From Candidatus Thorarchaeota archaeon (lineage in GTDB: Archaea > Asgardarchaeota > Thorarchaeia > Thorarchaeales > Thorarchaeaceae): 64,000 nt of DNA. The notes under the pieces are model-generated. The model was not told the origin of the DNA and did no database searches. It worked only from the letters and a program-made list of their open reading frames with translations. Numbering within the stretch: the first letter of the stretch is position 1; every line of letters starts with the position of its first letter. The translations under genes were made by a program, and so were the position numbers. The DNA lies in assembly GCA_003345595.1 (NCBI GenBank), contig PRDI01000075.1, positions 11,276 to 75,275 on the forward strand, given 5' to 3'. Below are positions 1-9,022 of this stretch, in pieces.

Positions 1-155
1 GAAACAATCGATTCGACAGATAGTCAGAGAAGGAAGATGCATGTTGTATGGAGAAGGACTGACTAGACGGTCCTGGAAACACGCCCGCTGAGGATAACTT
101 TAAAAAACGCCCTCTGATGACGCTGGCTATCTAAGCATCTAGGTCGAACTGAGCA

Positions 156-1250
156 ATGCTGCGGCTTGATAACATGTCCAAAATCTGTACGGCCGTGATT
201 ACGCTCATGGTAGTCTTATCCTGTTTAGAGAGTACCGCAAGCGCTCAGACCCCCCTTGACCCGGTCGTCATCCTGTACGATGCCTCCCACGGACCACAGT
301 TTGCGGCGGACGACGCAGACAAGGGCCTCAAACTCATGCTTGACCTGGTCAATGCGTCAACAAGATACATGGTCCGTGTCAACGAGGTTTCTCCCATCAA
401 TGACACCATATTGAAGGATGTAGACGTCCTAATTCTCGCGTCCCCCGATCGAACTTATGAGTTCACCAAATCGGAAGCATTGTCAATCGTAGAGATGCTG
501 AACAACGGTAGTTCATTGATGATACTCGGTGATCCTGCCATCAGCTCGAACTCCACGTATTGGTCGGGTGAGCCGGCTTTCCAAGACTTGGGGGACAATA
601 TTGCAGTCAATCGGCTCTTGGACCTACTAAACATCACCGGTGTTGGGTTCAGTATCAATGCGACTGGTGACGACAACTTCTGGCCGGACACAATGTTTGA
701 CTATGAACGCGCCTTGAACAACACATATCCCTGGGTGATACGGCTCGATCCTACGACATGGGAATCAAGCCATCCAATCTTCAAAGACATCAACGAACTG
801 ATTCTGATGACCGCCTCTCTAAAGCCAGTGTCCCTAGTCAGTTCGATCGCACATGGTGCGAAGACCTCATTTGCCCAGTTCAGAAAGGGTCCTAACACCT
901 TCGCCAACTATTCCTTTCCAAACATGAGCTTGGCCGAGTTTGAAGAACGCCCGCTCTCCTACTCGGCAATTAACGGCACACTCCCACCATGGCTCTCCGC
1001 CTTTGAGTACAACAACAGCAGGGTTGTGATATCAGGCTCCACAATCATGTTCACAGGACGTCTTCTTGATTTGCCCAAAGCCGAGGTCAAATGGTTCTAT
1101 GCAGCAGATAACTCCCGGCTTTTCATGAACATACTCGGCTGGCTCTCAGAAGACTTCGTCGAACCCGAGACCGCCGTTATGCCCATGCTGTTGATCTCAT
1201 CCGCGATTCTTGTAATCGGTGTTGTCTTCTATTTGGCTAAGAAGAGGTAA
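156..1250 (+). CDS. Type I membrane glycoprotein with GIFT (GldG/IFT52/Wbp1-OST48-like) domain
   Basis: N-terminal signal peptide; ILYDASHG, DVDVLILASP and NNSRVVISGS...DNSRLFMNILGWL motifs; C-terminal TM helix plus KKR tail; 11 N-X-S/T sequons in the mature part. Confidence 0.7.
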   Translation: MLRLDNMSKICTAVITLMVVLSCLESTASAQTPLDPVVILYDASHGPQFAADDADKGLKLMLDLVNASTRYMVRVNEVSPINDTILKDVDVLILASPDRTYEFTKSEALSIVEMLNNGSSLMILGDPAISSNSTYWSGEPAFQDLGDNIAVNRLLDLLNITGVGFSINATGDDNFWPDTMFDYERALNNTYPWVIRLDPTTWESSHPIFKDINELILMTASLKPVSLVSSIAHGAKTSFAQFRKGPNTFANYSFPNMSLAEFEERPLSYSAINGTLPPWLSAFEYNNSRVVISGSTIMFTGRLLDLPKAEVKWFYAADNSRLFMNILGWLSEDFVEPETAVMPMLLISSAILVIGVVFYLAKKR

Positions 1251-1264
1251 GCTGTGGAAAACGC

Positions 1265-1873
1265 TTACCAGGTGGGTATCTGCAGGCCCTCAGCCTGCAA
1301 GACTCTCTCTATCTCGTTCCTGAGCTCAACGATATTCGTCCCCTGCTTAGCCGAAAGTGGGACAATCACGGGAGCAAGTCCCTTCTGTGGAATCTTGTCA
1401 TGCAGATAGTCTATCTCTTCTGCTCTGTTACCACTTGGCAGCTTGTCAATCTTGTTAGCGACTACTATCACGTGTTGAGATATCTCAGAAAGGAAGGTAT
1501 AGAATTCCATATCGATTGGAATCTCTCCCTTGTTTTCCCATCTCTCGACGAGCTCTCGGAAGAGCGAGATGTCTATGACGAGGACCGCCAAGACTAGGCG
1601 ACCGCTCCAAGACTCAAGCTTTTGCACGAGTGCGGTCTTTGCCCGTTCAATGGCCTTCCTTCCCTGTCCAGCCATGTGGCCAAAGCCCGGTGTATCAACA
1701 AAGAGCACGGCTCCGAGATCAATACTCTTCTCCCATCGTGTGGTCCCTGGACGCTTGCCTACCTTGAGTCTTCGGCCTGTGAGTGCTCTCATCACGCTAC
1801 TCTTACCCACGTTGCTTCGTCCAGCGAAAACGACCATGGGTTTCTCATTCCCAGAATGGTCTTGTTCTGGCAT
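1265..1873 (-). CDS. engB: GTP-binding protein EngB/YihA
   Basis: GRSNVGKS, DTPGFG and NKID motifs; start uncertain (ATG at 1873 or 1837). Confidence 0.9.
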   Translation of the reverse strand: MPEQDHSGNEKPMVVFAGRSNVGKSSVMRALTGRRLKVGKRPGTTRWEKSIDLGAVLFVDTPGFGHMAGQGRKAIERAKTALVQKLESWSGRLVLAVLVIDISLFRELVERWENKGEIPIDMEFYTFLSEISQHVIVVANKIDKLPSGNRAEEIDYLHDKIPQKGLAPVIVPLSAKQGTNIVELRNEIERVLQAEGLQIPTW

Positions 1874-4685
1874 AGTTCCGCTCCGCCTCTGCAATCTGCC
1901 TGAGCAGACTGACTCTGTCTGTCATTCCCGGACGCAGTATACGAGATGCTGTCGTCGGTCCAATTCCACGTCCGGCCAGCGCTAGTAGGGCAATCCTGCC
2001 ATACGTTGCCACAAGTTCTGCTGTCAGGACGCCTGCAGCATAGAGCTTTCTCTTGTCCTTAGGTACCCTTCGGCCGGCTTTCACTGATTTCACTGTTCCT
2101 GAAAGCTCCGAGTCGTCCGGAGAAACTGCTGCAATCATTCTTGATCCACAGCTTGGACAGGACACTATCTCGTCCAAAGTGGATACTGTCCGAACCGAGT
2201 TCCAATCTCCATTGGCCATACACACGAGTCTGAACTGTTTTGCGAGAAGTCTGGCCTCCATAAGCCGAAGAATCTCGTTCTCATCAGTGATTTCACCTAG
2301 CACCTCGAAGCGGCTCTTTTCCTCAATTATCAGGCGTGCGAGTGGCGAGGGTTTGTCGGTTACTACAGTATAGACGTCCACAGTCCCAGATGAGATTCGG
2401 TCGAATAGGTCGACGACCATATTCTCGTCCAGTTTGTCGTGCAGCACCTCTCTCATCGCCTCTTCGTAGACAGGTCCGTCCTGAAAGACATCTATCAGGC
2501 GTCTGACCGGGATGTCCTTGACCCTTATGTCTCTTCTAATCACACCCATTCTACGGGCGACATGGATGAATCGGGACGCGAATGTCTGCGTGTGTTTCAC
2601 TGCTAGTCGAAGTATCGTCGAAACCTGATTGCCTGTATATCCCTTGAGCGTGTCAACAACACGATTCAAGTCAAGCCGTGCCGTCGAAGTCAGAAGAATT
2701 CGGTAGGGATCTCTCTCAACACCCACGTCTGCTCCGATGCTCGTTGTCAGTAGAGCTGCTACGACAATGCCGAGGGTTTCATTTGCCTTGGTGCCGAACG
2801 GGGTATGAATGACCAAACCCGATCCGAAGTCCTCAACCAAGACAGAGTCCGCAGACGGCAACCTGCCCAATGACTCATGGCTCTGCACCACGGTTCGAAT
2901 CATGTAGTCTTGTGTTGTTTCATCTATCCCGTAGTGAGTCTGTAGCCAATTCCGGGCTTCAGCATTCGGTTCTCTCAGTGTGGAGTTCCAGAGCTTGGCA
3001 ACCTCCGATGCAACCTCATATGGGACCGGGATCATCTCACCAATCCAATGTGGTGCCTCGGTGTCAACGCTGGTTGCTGGTGCACAGAGGACCTCTTCTT
3101 CATCCACACTTACAACAGTCCAAGACTTACCCCTTATGACAAGCAGCGAGCCGCCTTGCAGATTCTGTGTGACATAGTCTTCGTCCAATACACCTATGGA
3201 TGTCCTCGTAGTCATGTCTAGGGCGTTCAGTTGTCTAACATCTGGAATTGTGCTCAAGTGCTCGTAGTAGAAGACCCGTGTCTTCCTGCTAGCTGAGATT
3301 CTTGAGTTCTGTATGCGTACAATTCCTCTCTCGGCCATAAAGTCCAGCACTGAGCCGAGTTCCTCATCAGTCACCTCCACGAACGGGTATGCTCCGTGTA
3401 TCAATGCTGTGAGATCCTTGCGGTCTATCTGATGCGTGTCAATGACAACCCCAGCTATCTGATGACATAGAACGTCCCAAGCCTTCTTGTGTATGCTTGC
3501 GTCCTCGACCTTGTTCGACAGGGCACGTCTAAGTATCACCGCTGACTCAGTCACGTCGTCGAGATTAACGGTTGCCAGAAACACCCCCTCTGCGATCTTG
3601 TCGAGTCCATGGCCGGCGCGCCCAGTACGCTGCAAGGCGCGGGCCACTTCTCGAGGGGACGAATACTGGACGACTAGGTCTGCCTGTCCGATGTCTATGC
3701 CAAGTTCCAGACTTGACGTAGCGATGATTGCCCTTGAGAGTCCCTGTTTCAAACGAGTTTCAGCAGCCACTCGGGTGTCCTTTGAGAGTGACCCATGGTG
3801 GACATCAAACTCAAATGGAGGTTTGAGAGCGTGCATCTTGGCGCCAAGGACTTCCGCGAACGACCTAGTGTTAGTGAACACTATTGTCGAGGTATGTGAT
3901 TGCACTAGATCAACGATTCTTCGAAGCCTCGCTGTGGAGTTCACGGGATAGGAGATTCTCTTGGAAGTTTCAATATCCTCAGTAGTGGGTTGTGGCATTT
4001 CCACTCTCAAGTTCATCTTCCGTAGTCCATATCCCTCCCACAGGATTCTTGTTTCACCCTTCGGCCCGCTCAAAAGGGCCATAACAGCCCTAGGGTTCCC
4101 GACGGTTGCGGACAGCCCTATTCGTTGTACTCGCCCCCCTACGGCTTGGTCCAGCCGTTCAAGACCAAGACTGAGCTGTGTCCCTCTTTTGCTGTCGGCC
4201 AGTTCGTGTACCTCGTCGACAACCACGGCAAACACAGTCTTGAGATGGTATCTGAGCCTCGGCGCTGGCAGGATTGCCTGAAGCGACTCGGGCGTCGTTA
4301 TTAGCAGGTGAGGTGGTGTGATGGCCTGCTGTCTTCGCACATATTGTGTTGTATCACCGTGCCGGACAGCCACTGTGAAACCCAATTTGCCACAGAGGCC
4401 CTCCACTCTTCCAAACACGTCCCTGTTGAGTGCTCTTAGCGGCGTTATGTACAGGATGTAGACCCCAAACAGGTCTCGTTTCTGCTGTTTTTCTCCAAGG
4501 AGTTTCAGTAGTGGTAAGAGGGCCGCTTCAGTCTTGCCGCTGCCTGTGGGGGCGAGTAGAAGCATGTCGCTGCGTTCAGTCAGTATTGCTGGAATCGCCT
4601 TCTCTTGGATCGGTGTGGGCTTCTGGATACCACGAGCTGACAGGAATTCGGAAATCTCTGGACCTAGAGAATCAAAAGCACTCAT
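1845..4685 (-). CDS. lhr: Lhr-like SF2 DEAD/DEAH helicase
   Basis: APTGSGKT, PLRALNRD, TTPESL, DEVH, SAT, HHGSLS, LELGIDIG, QRTGRAGH; C-terminal Cys cluster. Confidence 0.93.
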   Translation of the reverse strand: MSAFDSLGPEISEFLSARGIQKPTPIQEKAIPAILTERSDMLLLAPTGSGKTEAALLPLLKLLGEKQQKRDLFGVYILYITPLRALNRDVFGRVEGLCGKLGFTVAVRHGDTTQYVRRQQAITPPHLLITTPESLQAILPAPRLRYHLKTVFAVVVDEVHELADSKRGTQLSLGLERLDQAVGGRVQRIGLSATVGNPRAVMALLSGPKGETRILWEGYGLRKMNLRVEMPQPTTEDIETSKRISYPVNSTARLRRIVDLVQSHTSTIVFTNTRSFAEVLGAKMHALKPPFEFDVHHGSLSKDTRVAAETRLKQGLSRAIIATSSLELGIDIGQADLVVQYSSPREVARALQRTGRAGHGLDKIAEGVFLATVNLDDVTESAVILRRALSNKVEDASIHKKAWDVLCHQIAGVVIDTHQIDRKDLTALIHGAYPFVEVTDEELGSVLDFMAERGIVRIQNSRISASRKTRVFYYEHLSTIPDVRQLNALDMTTRTSIGVLDEDYVTQNLQGGSLLVIRGKSWTVVSVDEEEVLCAPATSVDTEAPHWIGEMIPVPYEVASEVAKLWNSTLREPNAEARNWLQTHYGIDETTQDYMIRTVVQSHESLGRLPSADSVLVEDFGSGLVIHTPFGTKANETLGIVVAALLTTSIGADVGVERDPYRILLTSTARLDLNRVVDTLKGYTGNQVSTILRLAVKHTQTFASRFIHVARRMGVIRRDIRVKDIPVRRLIDVFQDGPVYEEAMREVLHDKLDENMVVDLFDRISSGTVDVYTVVTDKPSPLARLIIEEKSRFEVLGEITDENEILRLMEARLLAKQFRLVCMANGDWNSVRTVSTLDEIVSCPSCGSRMIAAVSPDDSELSGTVKSVKAGRRVPKDKRKLYAAGVLTAELVATYGRIALLALAGRGIGPTTASRILRPGMTDRVSLLRQIAEAERNYARTRPFWE

Positions 4686-4921
4686 CCAAACGACTTCCTT
4701 AGTCGGAGCGTGTGACGAATGGCACTCACTAGGATGCGGATGTCGGTTCTGAGTGTAGCATCAGCATCGCATGCCCTGTTCTCAAGCAGTTCTATGGCCT
4801 CGTTCGGAGAGGAGATCTGTTTCATTATCTCCTCGACCAGTGACTGCACTATGTCAAGATTGGACAGGTGCGGTGCAGATCTCTCGAATGCCTGTTGGAC
4901 TATTTCTTCAGTGTTCATCAT
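4682..4921 (-). CDS. Hypothetical small helical protein
   Basis: 79-aa ORF whose stop overlaps the lhr start (ATGA), suggesting translational coupling. Confidence 0.7.
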   Translation of the reverse strand: MMNTEEIVQQAFERSAPHLSNLDIVQSLVEEIMKQISSPNEAIELLENRACDADATLRTDIRILVSAIRHTLRLRKSFG

Positions 4922-4941
4922 GAGGTGGCTCTGGACGTGCC

Positions 4942-5046
4942 TTACTCTTCCTCTTCCTCACCGTATGCGACGTAGCCCAAGACAAGGAGAAGGGCCACGA
5001 TTCCCAAGACGTACAAGACAATATCGATGACTGGGATTATCTGCAT
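4942..5046 (-). CDS. 34-aa single-pass membrane micro-protein, candidate Ost4-like
   Basis: Hand-translated MQIIPVIDIVLYVLGIVALLLVLGYVAYGEEEEE*; ATG start; TTATAA box about 30 nt upstream; fills the gap between elf1 and the 79-aa ORF; below the ORF-track length cutoff. Confidence 0.7.
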   Translation of the reverse strand: MQIIPVIDIVLYVLGIVALLLVLGYVAYGEEEEE

Positions 5047-5113
5047 AGGTATCAGATGGCTCCGTCTGAGTGTCACTTATAATCATTGCTGACTGAAAAG
5101 ATTGATGCAGTGG

Positions 5114-5365
5114 CTATTCCTCTGTCTTTGCGCTCTCGTAGAATCGGTCAATGAAGCTGCCGTAGACATCTACAGGCTCGGTGAGCGAAGTGACATCGTC
5201 AATAGTCATCTCAAGTCCACAGGAGCCGCACTTAACAGTGGCGACTTTCTTTTCTCTAAGCAGTTCTATCTTGATTGCCGCATTACCACAGCTTGGGCAT
5301 TGATAAACGTCAGGAATCCGCTTTTGTGGTCGTCGTCGGATTTTCTGCCTTCTTCTTCTTCCCAT
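5114..5365 (-). CDS. elf1: Transcription elongation factor Elf1
   Basis: MGRRRR N-terminus, CPSC...CGSC zinc ribbon, EPVDVYGSFID; SD-like AGGTGAGG upstream. Confidence 0.93.
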   Translation of the reverse strand: MGRRRRQKIRRRPQKRIPDVYQCPSCGNAAIKIELLREKKVATVKCGSCGLEMTIDDVTSLTEPVDVYGSFIDRFYESAKTEE

Positions 5366-5520
5366 GATTCCTCACCTTTGCCTATTTCGCACAGACCGAG
5401 CTACAAGGCACGGAGAAACAGAGCGACTCCGGCCTCGGCTGGGATTCATTTAAGCGTTGCGTTAAGTCCCGATGAGTTTGGGGTTCGAAGGCTTCTTATT
5501 GCAGCTGCCGTGCGACATGA

Positions 5521-5757
5521 GTGATGTCCGCCTTGTCAAGAAATGCTCAGTGCGTATTGCAGATACTACAGGCCACAGGTACCCTGACGACATCCGAGAT
5601 ACTTGAGATGGCAAGGAGAACTGAGTACGCTGAGATCTGCAAAGACTGTGCAGGTGGTGACACTTTTGTCGCCGCTGCCAACCAGCTTGTCGAACAGGGG
5701 CTTGTCACGAAGAAACTGGGTAAAGGCGGATACCACTGGCAAATTGTGAGGCGATGA
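5521..5757 (+). CDS. Small winged-helix-like protein with CxxC
   Basis: Helix pattern with ICKDC, LVEQGLV...GYHWQI wing; directly upstream of the cysteine desulfurase. Confidence 0.6.
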   Translation: MMSALSRNAQCVLQILQATGTLTTSEILEMARRTEYAEICKDCAGGDTFVAAANQLVEQGLVTKKLGKGGYHWQIVRR

Positions 5758-5761
5758 GAGA

Positions 5762-7024
5762 ACGGACACTGAGTACTGGGCGCGTATCAGGGACGACTTC
5801 CCTGTCCTCAAGCGTACGGTCAATGGTCATCCACTGGTCTATCTAGACAGTGCATGCATGGCATTGAAACCCCGTCAGGTTCTTGAGGCGATGAACGAAT
5901 ACTACGAGCAATACCCTGCCTGTGCTGGCCGCAGTATCCACAAGTTAGGACAAGAGGCCTCAGCTGCCTATTCAAGAGCTAGGGAGAAGATTGCTCGATT
6001 CATCAATGCCAGTGAACCAGCTGAGTGTATCTGGACGCGAAACGCAACAGAGGCGCTCAACATGGTTGCAAGTGGTCTCAAGATTTCCAAGGGCTCGAAA
6101 ATCCTGACGACTAGCCTAGAACACCACAGTAGTTCGCTTCCTTTTGTGGAAAGAGCGAGAAGGAGCGGTATGAGGATTGAGGTCCTCAGGGCGCACAATG
6201 ATGGGACTTTCGATATTGAAGACTGGAAGAAAGCCATTGACCGCACTACGAGAGTTGTTTCTGTTGCTCACTCTTCAAACGTCACTGGTACTGTCACACC
6301 CCTCAGGGACATAGTCGAGATTGCACATGATCGAGGTGCATTGGTTGTTTCAGACGACGCCCAGTATGCTCCGCATCACCCACTTGATGTACAGAGCCTC
6401 GACATTGACTTCTCAGCCATCTCGGTACACAAAATGTGTGGCCCAACGGGAATGGGCATTCTCTACGGAAAAATGGAACTACTAGAGTCATTGAACATGT
6501 TCCTTGTCGGTGGCGATACCGTCAGCGATGTGAGGTTTGAGAAGGGCCGCATACTGCCCCAATATCTGCCGCCACCGGCAAAGTTTGAGGCTGGACTGCA
6601 GAACTATGCAGGTGCTATAGGTGCCGGCGCGGCCGCAGAATACCTTCAATCGATTGGCATGATCGAAGTCGAAAAACGAGAGCGGGAACTTCTGACAATC
6701 ATGCTCAAGGGCTTGAAGGAACTGGAACACGTCAATGTGCTTGGGCCTGAGGATGTCAGGGTTCGAAGTGGGCTCGTGACATTCTATGTGGACACAGTCA
6801 CATCAGCACATGACATCGCATCTTTCTTGAGCGACGAGTATGGAGTGATGATAAGGAGCGGGTTCCATTGTGCAGGGCCTTTTCACTACCAGCTGGGAAT
6901 CCCTCCCGCAAGAGGGACTGCACGGGCTTCAATATACATCTATAACAACGAAGCAGAAGTCAGTAGGCTCCTAGAAGGTCTTCATGCACTGATTGTTACA
7001 AGCTCACAGGAAGAAACTCACTGA
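5762..7024 (+). CDS. sufS: Cysteine desulfurase, SufS-type (probable ACG start)
   Basis: In-frame RIRDDFPVL...VYLDSA lies upstream of the first ATG (5858); SVHKMCGPTG PLP lysine; RSGFHCA catalytic Cys. Confidence 0.88.
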   Translation, partial: TDTEYWARIRDDFPVLKRTVNGHPLVYLDSACMALKPRQVLEAMNEYYEQYPACAGRSIHKLGQEASAAYSRAREKIARFINASEPAECIWTRNATEALNMVASGLKISKGSKILTTSLEHHSSSLPFVERARRSGMRIEVLRAHNDGTFDIEDWKKAIDRTTRVVSVAHSSNVTGTVTPLRDIVEIAHDRGALVVSDDAQYAPHHPLDVQSLDIDFSAISVHKMCGPTGMGILYGKMELLESLNMFLVGGDTVSDVRFEKGRILPQYLPPPAKFEAGLQNYAGAIGAGAAAEYLQSIGMIEVEKRERELLTIMLKGLKELEHVNVLGPEDVRVRSGLVTFYVDTVTSAHDIASFLSDEYGVMIRSGFHCAGPFHYQLGIPPARGTARASIYIYNNEAEVSRLLEGLHALIVTSSQEETH

Positions 7025-7078
7025 GGACGCGAAACTTGGAACTGAGCTGGTCCGGAACCTCTTGTTCGTTGCCTGTAT

Positions 7079-8872
7079 TCAGCCGACGAGTTTGGTGACA
7101 CTCTCTCTCAGGCGTTTGGCTTCTTCCATCGGATCGACGAGAATCAACTCGTTCGCCGATATCTCTAGTGCCTCTCTGAATTTCACGACGCGCCCGCGTA
7201 CTGCGACATACCTACCAAGCACTTTGTCAGAGTTCTTTTCAATTGGCAGTGTCTTGTTACCTGACTTGACTATCAGTTCTTGAGCTTCCTGAGCTGTCAT
7301 CTGGAGAAGGTCTTCTCCAGTCTTCCCAAAGAGTGTCACACGTATCGATCCCGACCCATCGTCAACAGTAACCTTGTATAGCATACGGTACTCGGGTTTC
7401 TCGACTTTGCCACAGTTCACACAGAAGTACTTTCCCTCTTTCTCCTCAATCTTTTTCCTACACTTCGGACACGAGGCGTAGACTGGGCTTGTACGGGACG
7501 GCACGACAATAATACCACAGATCTCAACGGTCTTTCCCTCCCCAGCATCATCAATATCACTTACCATGACTCTTCCTGCTTGGACAACGGGTCTTGCTGT
7601 TATCTCGGAGAGGTCCAGCTGATCAAGATGTGTGTCACTAGGATTGATTTGTATGTCGGACCGACGCCCTGCATGATACTCGACTCCACCGCGGAAGCCC
7701 TCCTTCGCGTAGCCGTGTTGTATCCGGATGACATCACCCTCTTGCAGGTCCTTTACCTTCTCGACATCTTCATTCCAGAACGTGACACGGACAGTCCCTG
7801 ACTCGTCACCAATCACTATGTTCTGAACCTTGCCCTGCTTTCCTTCTCTCTCAAAGGATGTGGGCGGGAAGACTTTGGCAACTTTTCCCTCTACGTCTAC
7901 GTCTTTCATCTCCACAGACAGGTCTACGATGCTCTTCCTACCCATCGCCTCAGCCACAGACTTGGTTCCTGCCGCCTTTGCAGGAGCTTTTGCCGCAGAT
8001 ATCTTCTGCTTTAGGCCTCTCTCTATCTTGGTACTTCTCCCGGTATGAACCTCTATCTCGCCGTTTCGCCCTGTCTTCGTATAGGCCCTACTGAGTCTTA
8101 TGACTTCTCCCGGCTTTGCGTCTTTCATCTCTTCCGCATACTGATGCCAGAAGACAACCCTGACGCTACCTGTATCATCGGTCAGCGTAGCATTTGCAAC
8201 CTTCCCCTCTGCTCCATCAGACTTCCGAGTGAATGTAGATATACCATAGAGCGCGTCCAGTCGTGCAGTCAGGGTCACATCAAACATTCTGTCTTGAAGA
8301 TCCGATATCTGGACGCTCTTTGACTCAGTCGTCTTGATGTCCAAGTCCGCTGCTTCGTATTCGTCTAGTACCGTAATCCCTCCCATTCTGCCCAAGTTCA
8401 ACTCAAGGGCATCTCTTAGTCCCTTCTTCACGTACGCTCCTCTGATCTGGACTACGCTCCCAATAGCTATCGGGCCATCCTCTATCGCATCTACCATTTC
8501 ATCCCAGAGCGCGACTCTAATCTGGCCAGTTTCGTCGGCCACAATGATGCTCGCTACTTTCCCTTCGCCTCCACTAGGCTTCGAGAAGGTTCGTAAGGCT
8601 CCAACGTTGACAACCTTAGCAGTGAGCGTTACGCTCCTGCTGCTCTCGGTTATGTCTTCCACCCTCATTCGCGCCTTAGGCGAAACCTGCTGTAGGTCAA
8701 TCCCAAGCTCCCGGGCCACAATCATTGCAGCTGATTCCTCATTGACGACCTCCGGACCAAGTTCCTCTCGCTTTTCGTCAATCAGTTTTAAAATGCCTTT
8801 GCGGTCGTACTCCGTGGAATGCTTCAGAATCAACTCAATGGTTTCTTCAAGTGTAAGCACGGTCAATTCCAT
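7079..8872 (-). CDS. rpa: Replication protein A large subunit (multi-OB fold plus zinc finger)
   Basis: Repeated OB motifs (DETGQIRVALW, DDTGSVRVVFW, DESGTVRVTFW, DDGSGSIRVTLF) and CPKC...CVNC. Confidence 0.92.
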   Translation of the reverse strand: MELTVLTLEETIELILKHSTEYDRKGILKLIDEKREELGPEVVNEESAAMIVARELGIDLQQVSPKARMRVEDITESSRSVTLTAKVVNVGALRTFSKPSGGEGKVASIIVADETGQIRVALWDEMVDAIEDGPIAIGSVVQIRGAYVKKGLRDALELNLGRMGGITVLDEYEAADLDIKTTESKSVQISDLQDRMFDVTLTARLDALYGISTFTRKSDGAEGKVANATLTDDTGSVRVVFWHQYAEEMKDAKPGEVIRLSRAYTKTGRNGEIEVHTGRSTKIERGLKQKISAAKAPAKAAGTKSVAEAMGRKSIVDLSVEMKDVDVEGKVAKVFPPTSFEREGKQGKVQNIVIGDESGTVRVTFWNEDVEKVKDLQEGDVIRIQHGYAKEGFRGGVEYHAGRRSDIQINPSDTHLDQLDLSEITARPVVQAGRVMVSDIDDAGEGKTVEICGIIVVPSRTSPVYASCPKCRKKIEEKEGKYFCVNCGKVEKPEYRMLYKVTVDDGSGSIRVTLFGKTGEDLLQMTAQEAQELIVKSGNKTLPIEKNSDKVLGRYVAVRGRVVKFREALEISANELILVDPMEEAKRLRESVTKLVG

Positions 8873-9022
8873 CCTAGTCTTGAGTGCCGGATGCAGAATA
8901 GTCTTTTTGCACGCCTTTAAAGGGCTCTTCTCAGAATCCGAGCTTCTCTCAGACGCCTACAATCGCAGGAGCCTGAGCGAAAACACAAAAAGCCAACGCT
9001 CAGTGGCATTCCATGATATCCA

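Noticed and set aside
1-66. Open frame ending in TAG (ETIDSTDSQRRKMHVVWRRTD*)
   Set aside because: May be the tail of an upstream gene, but too short to identify
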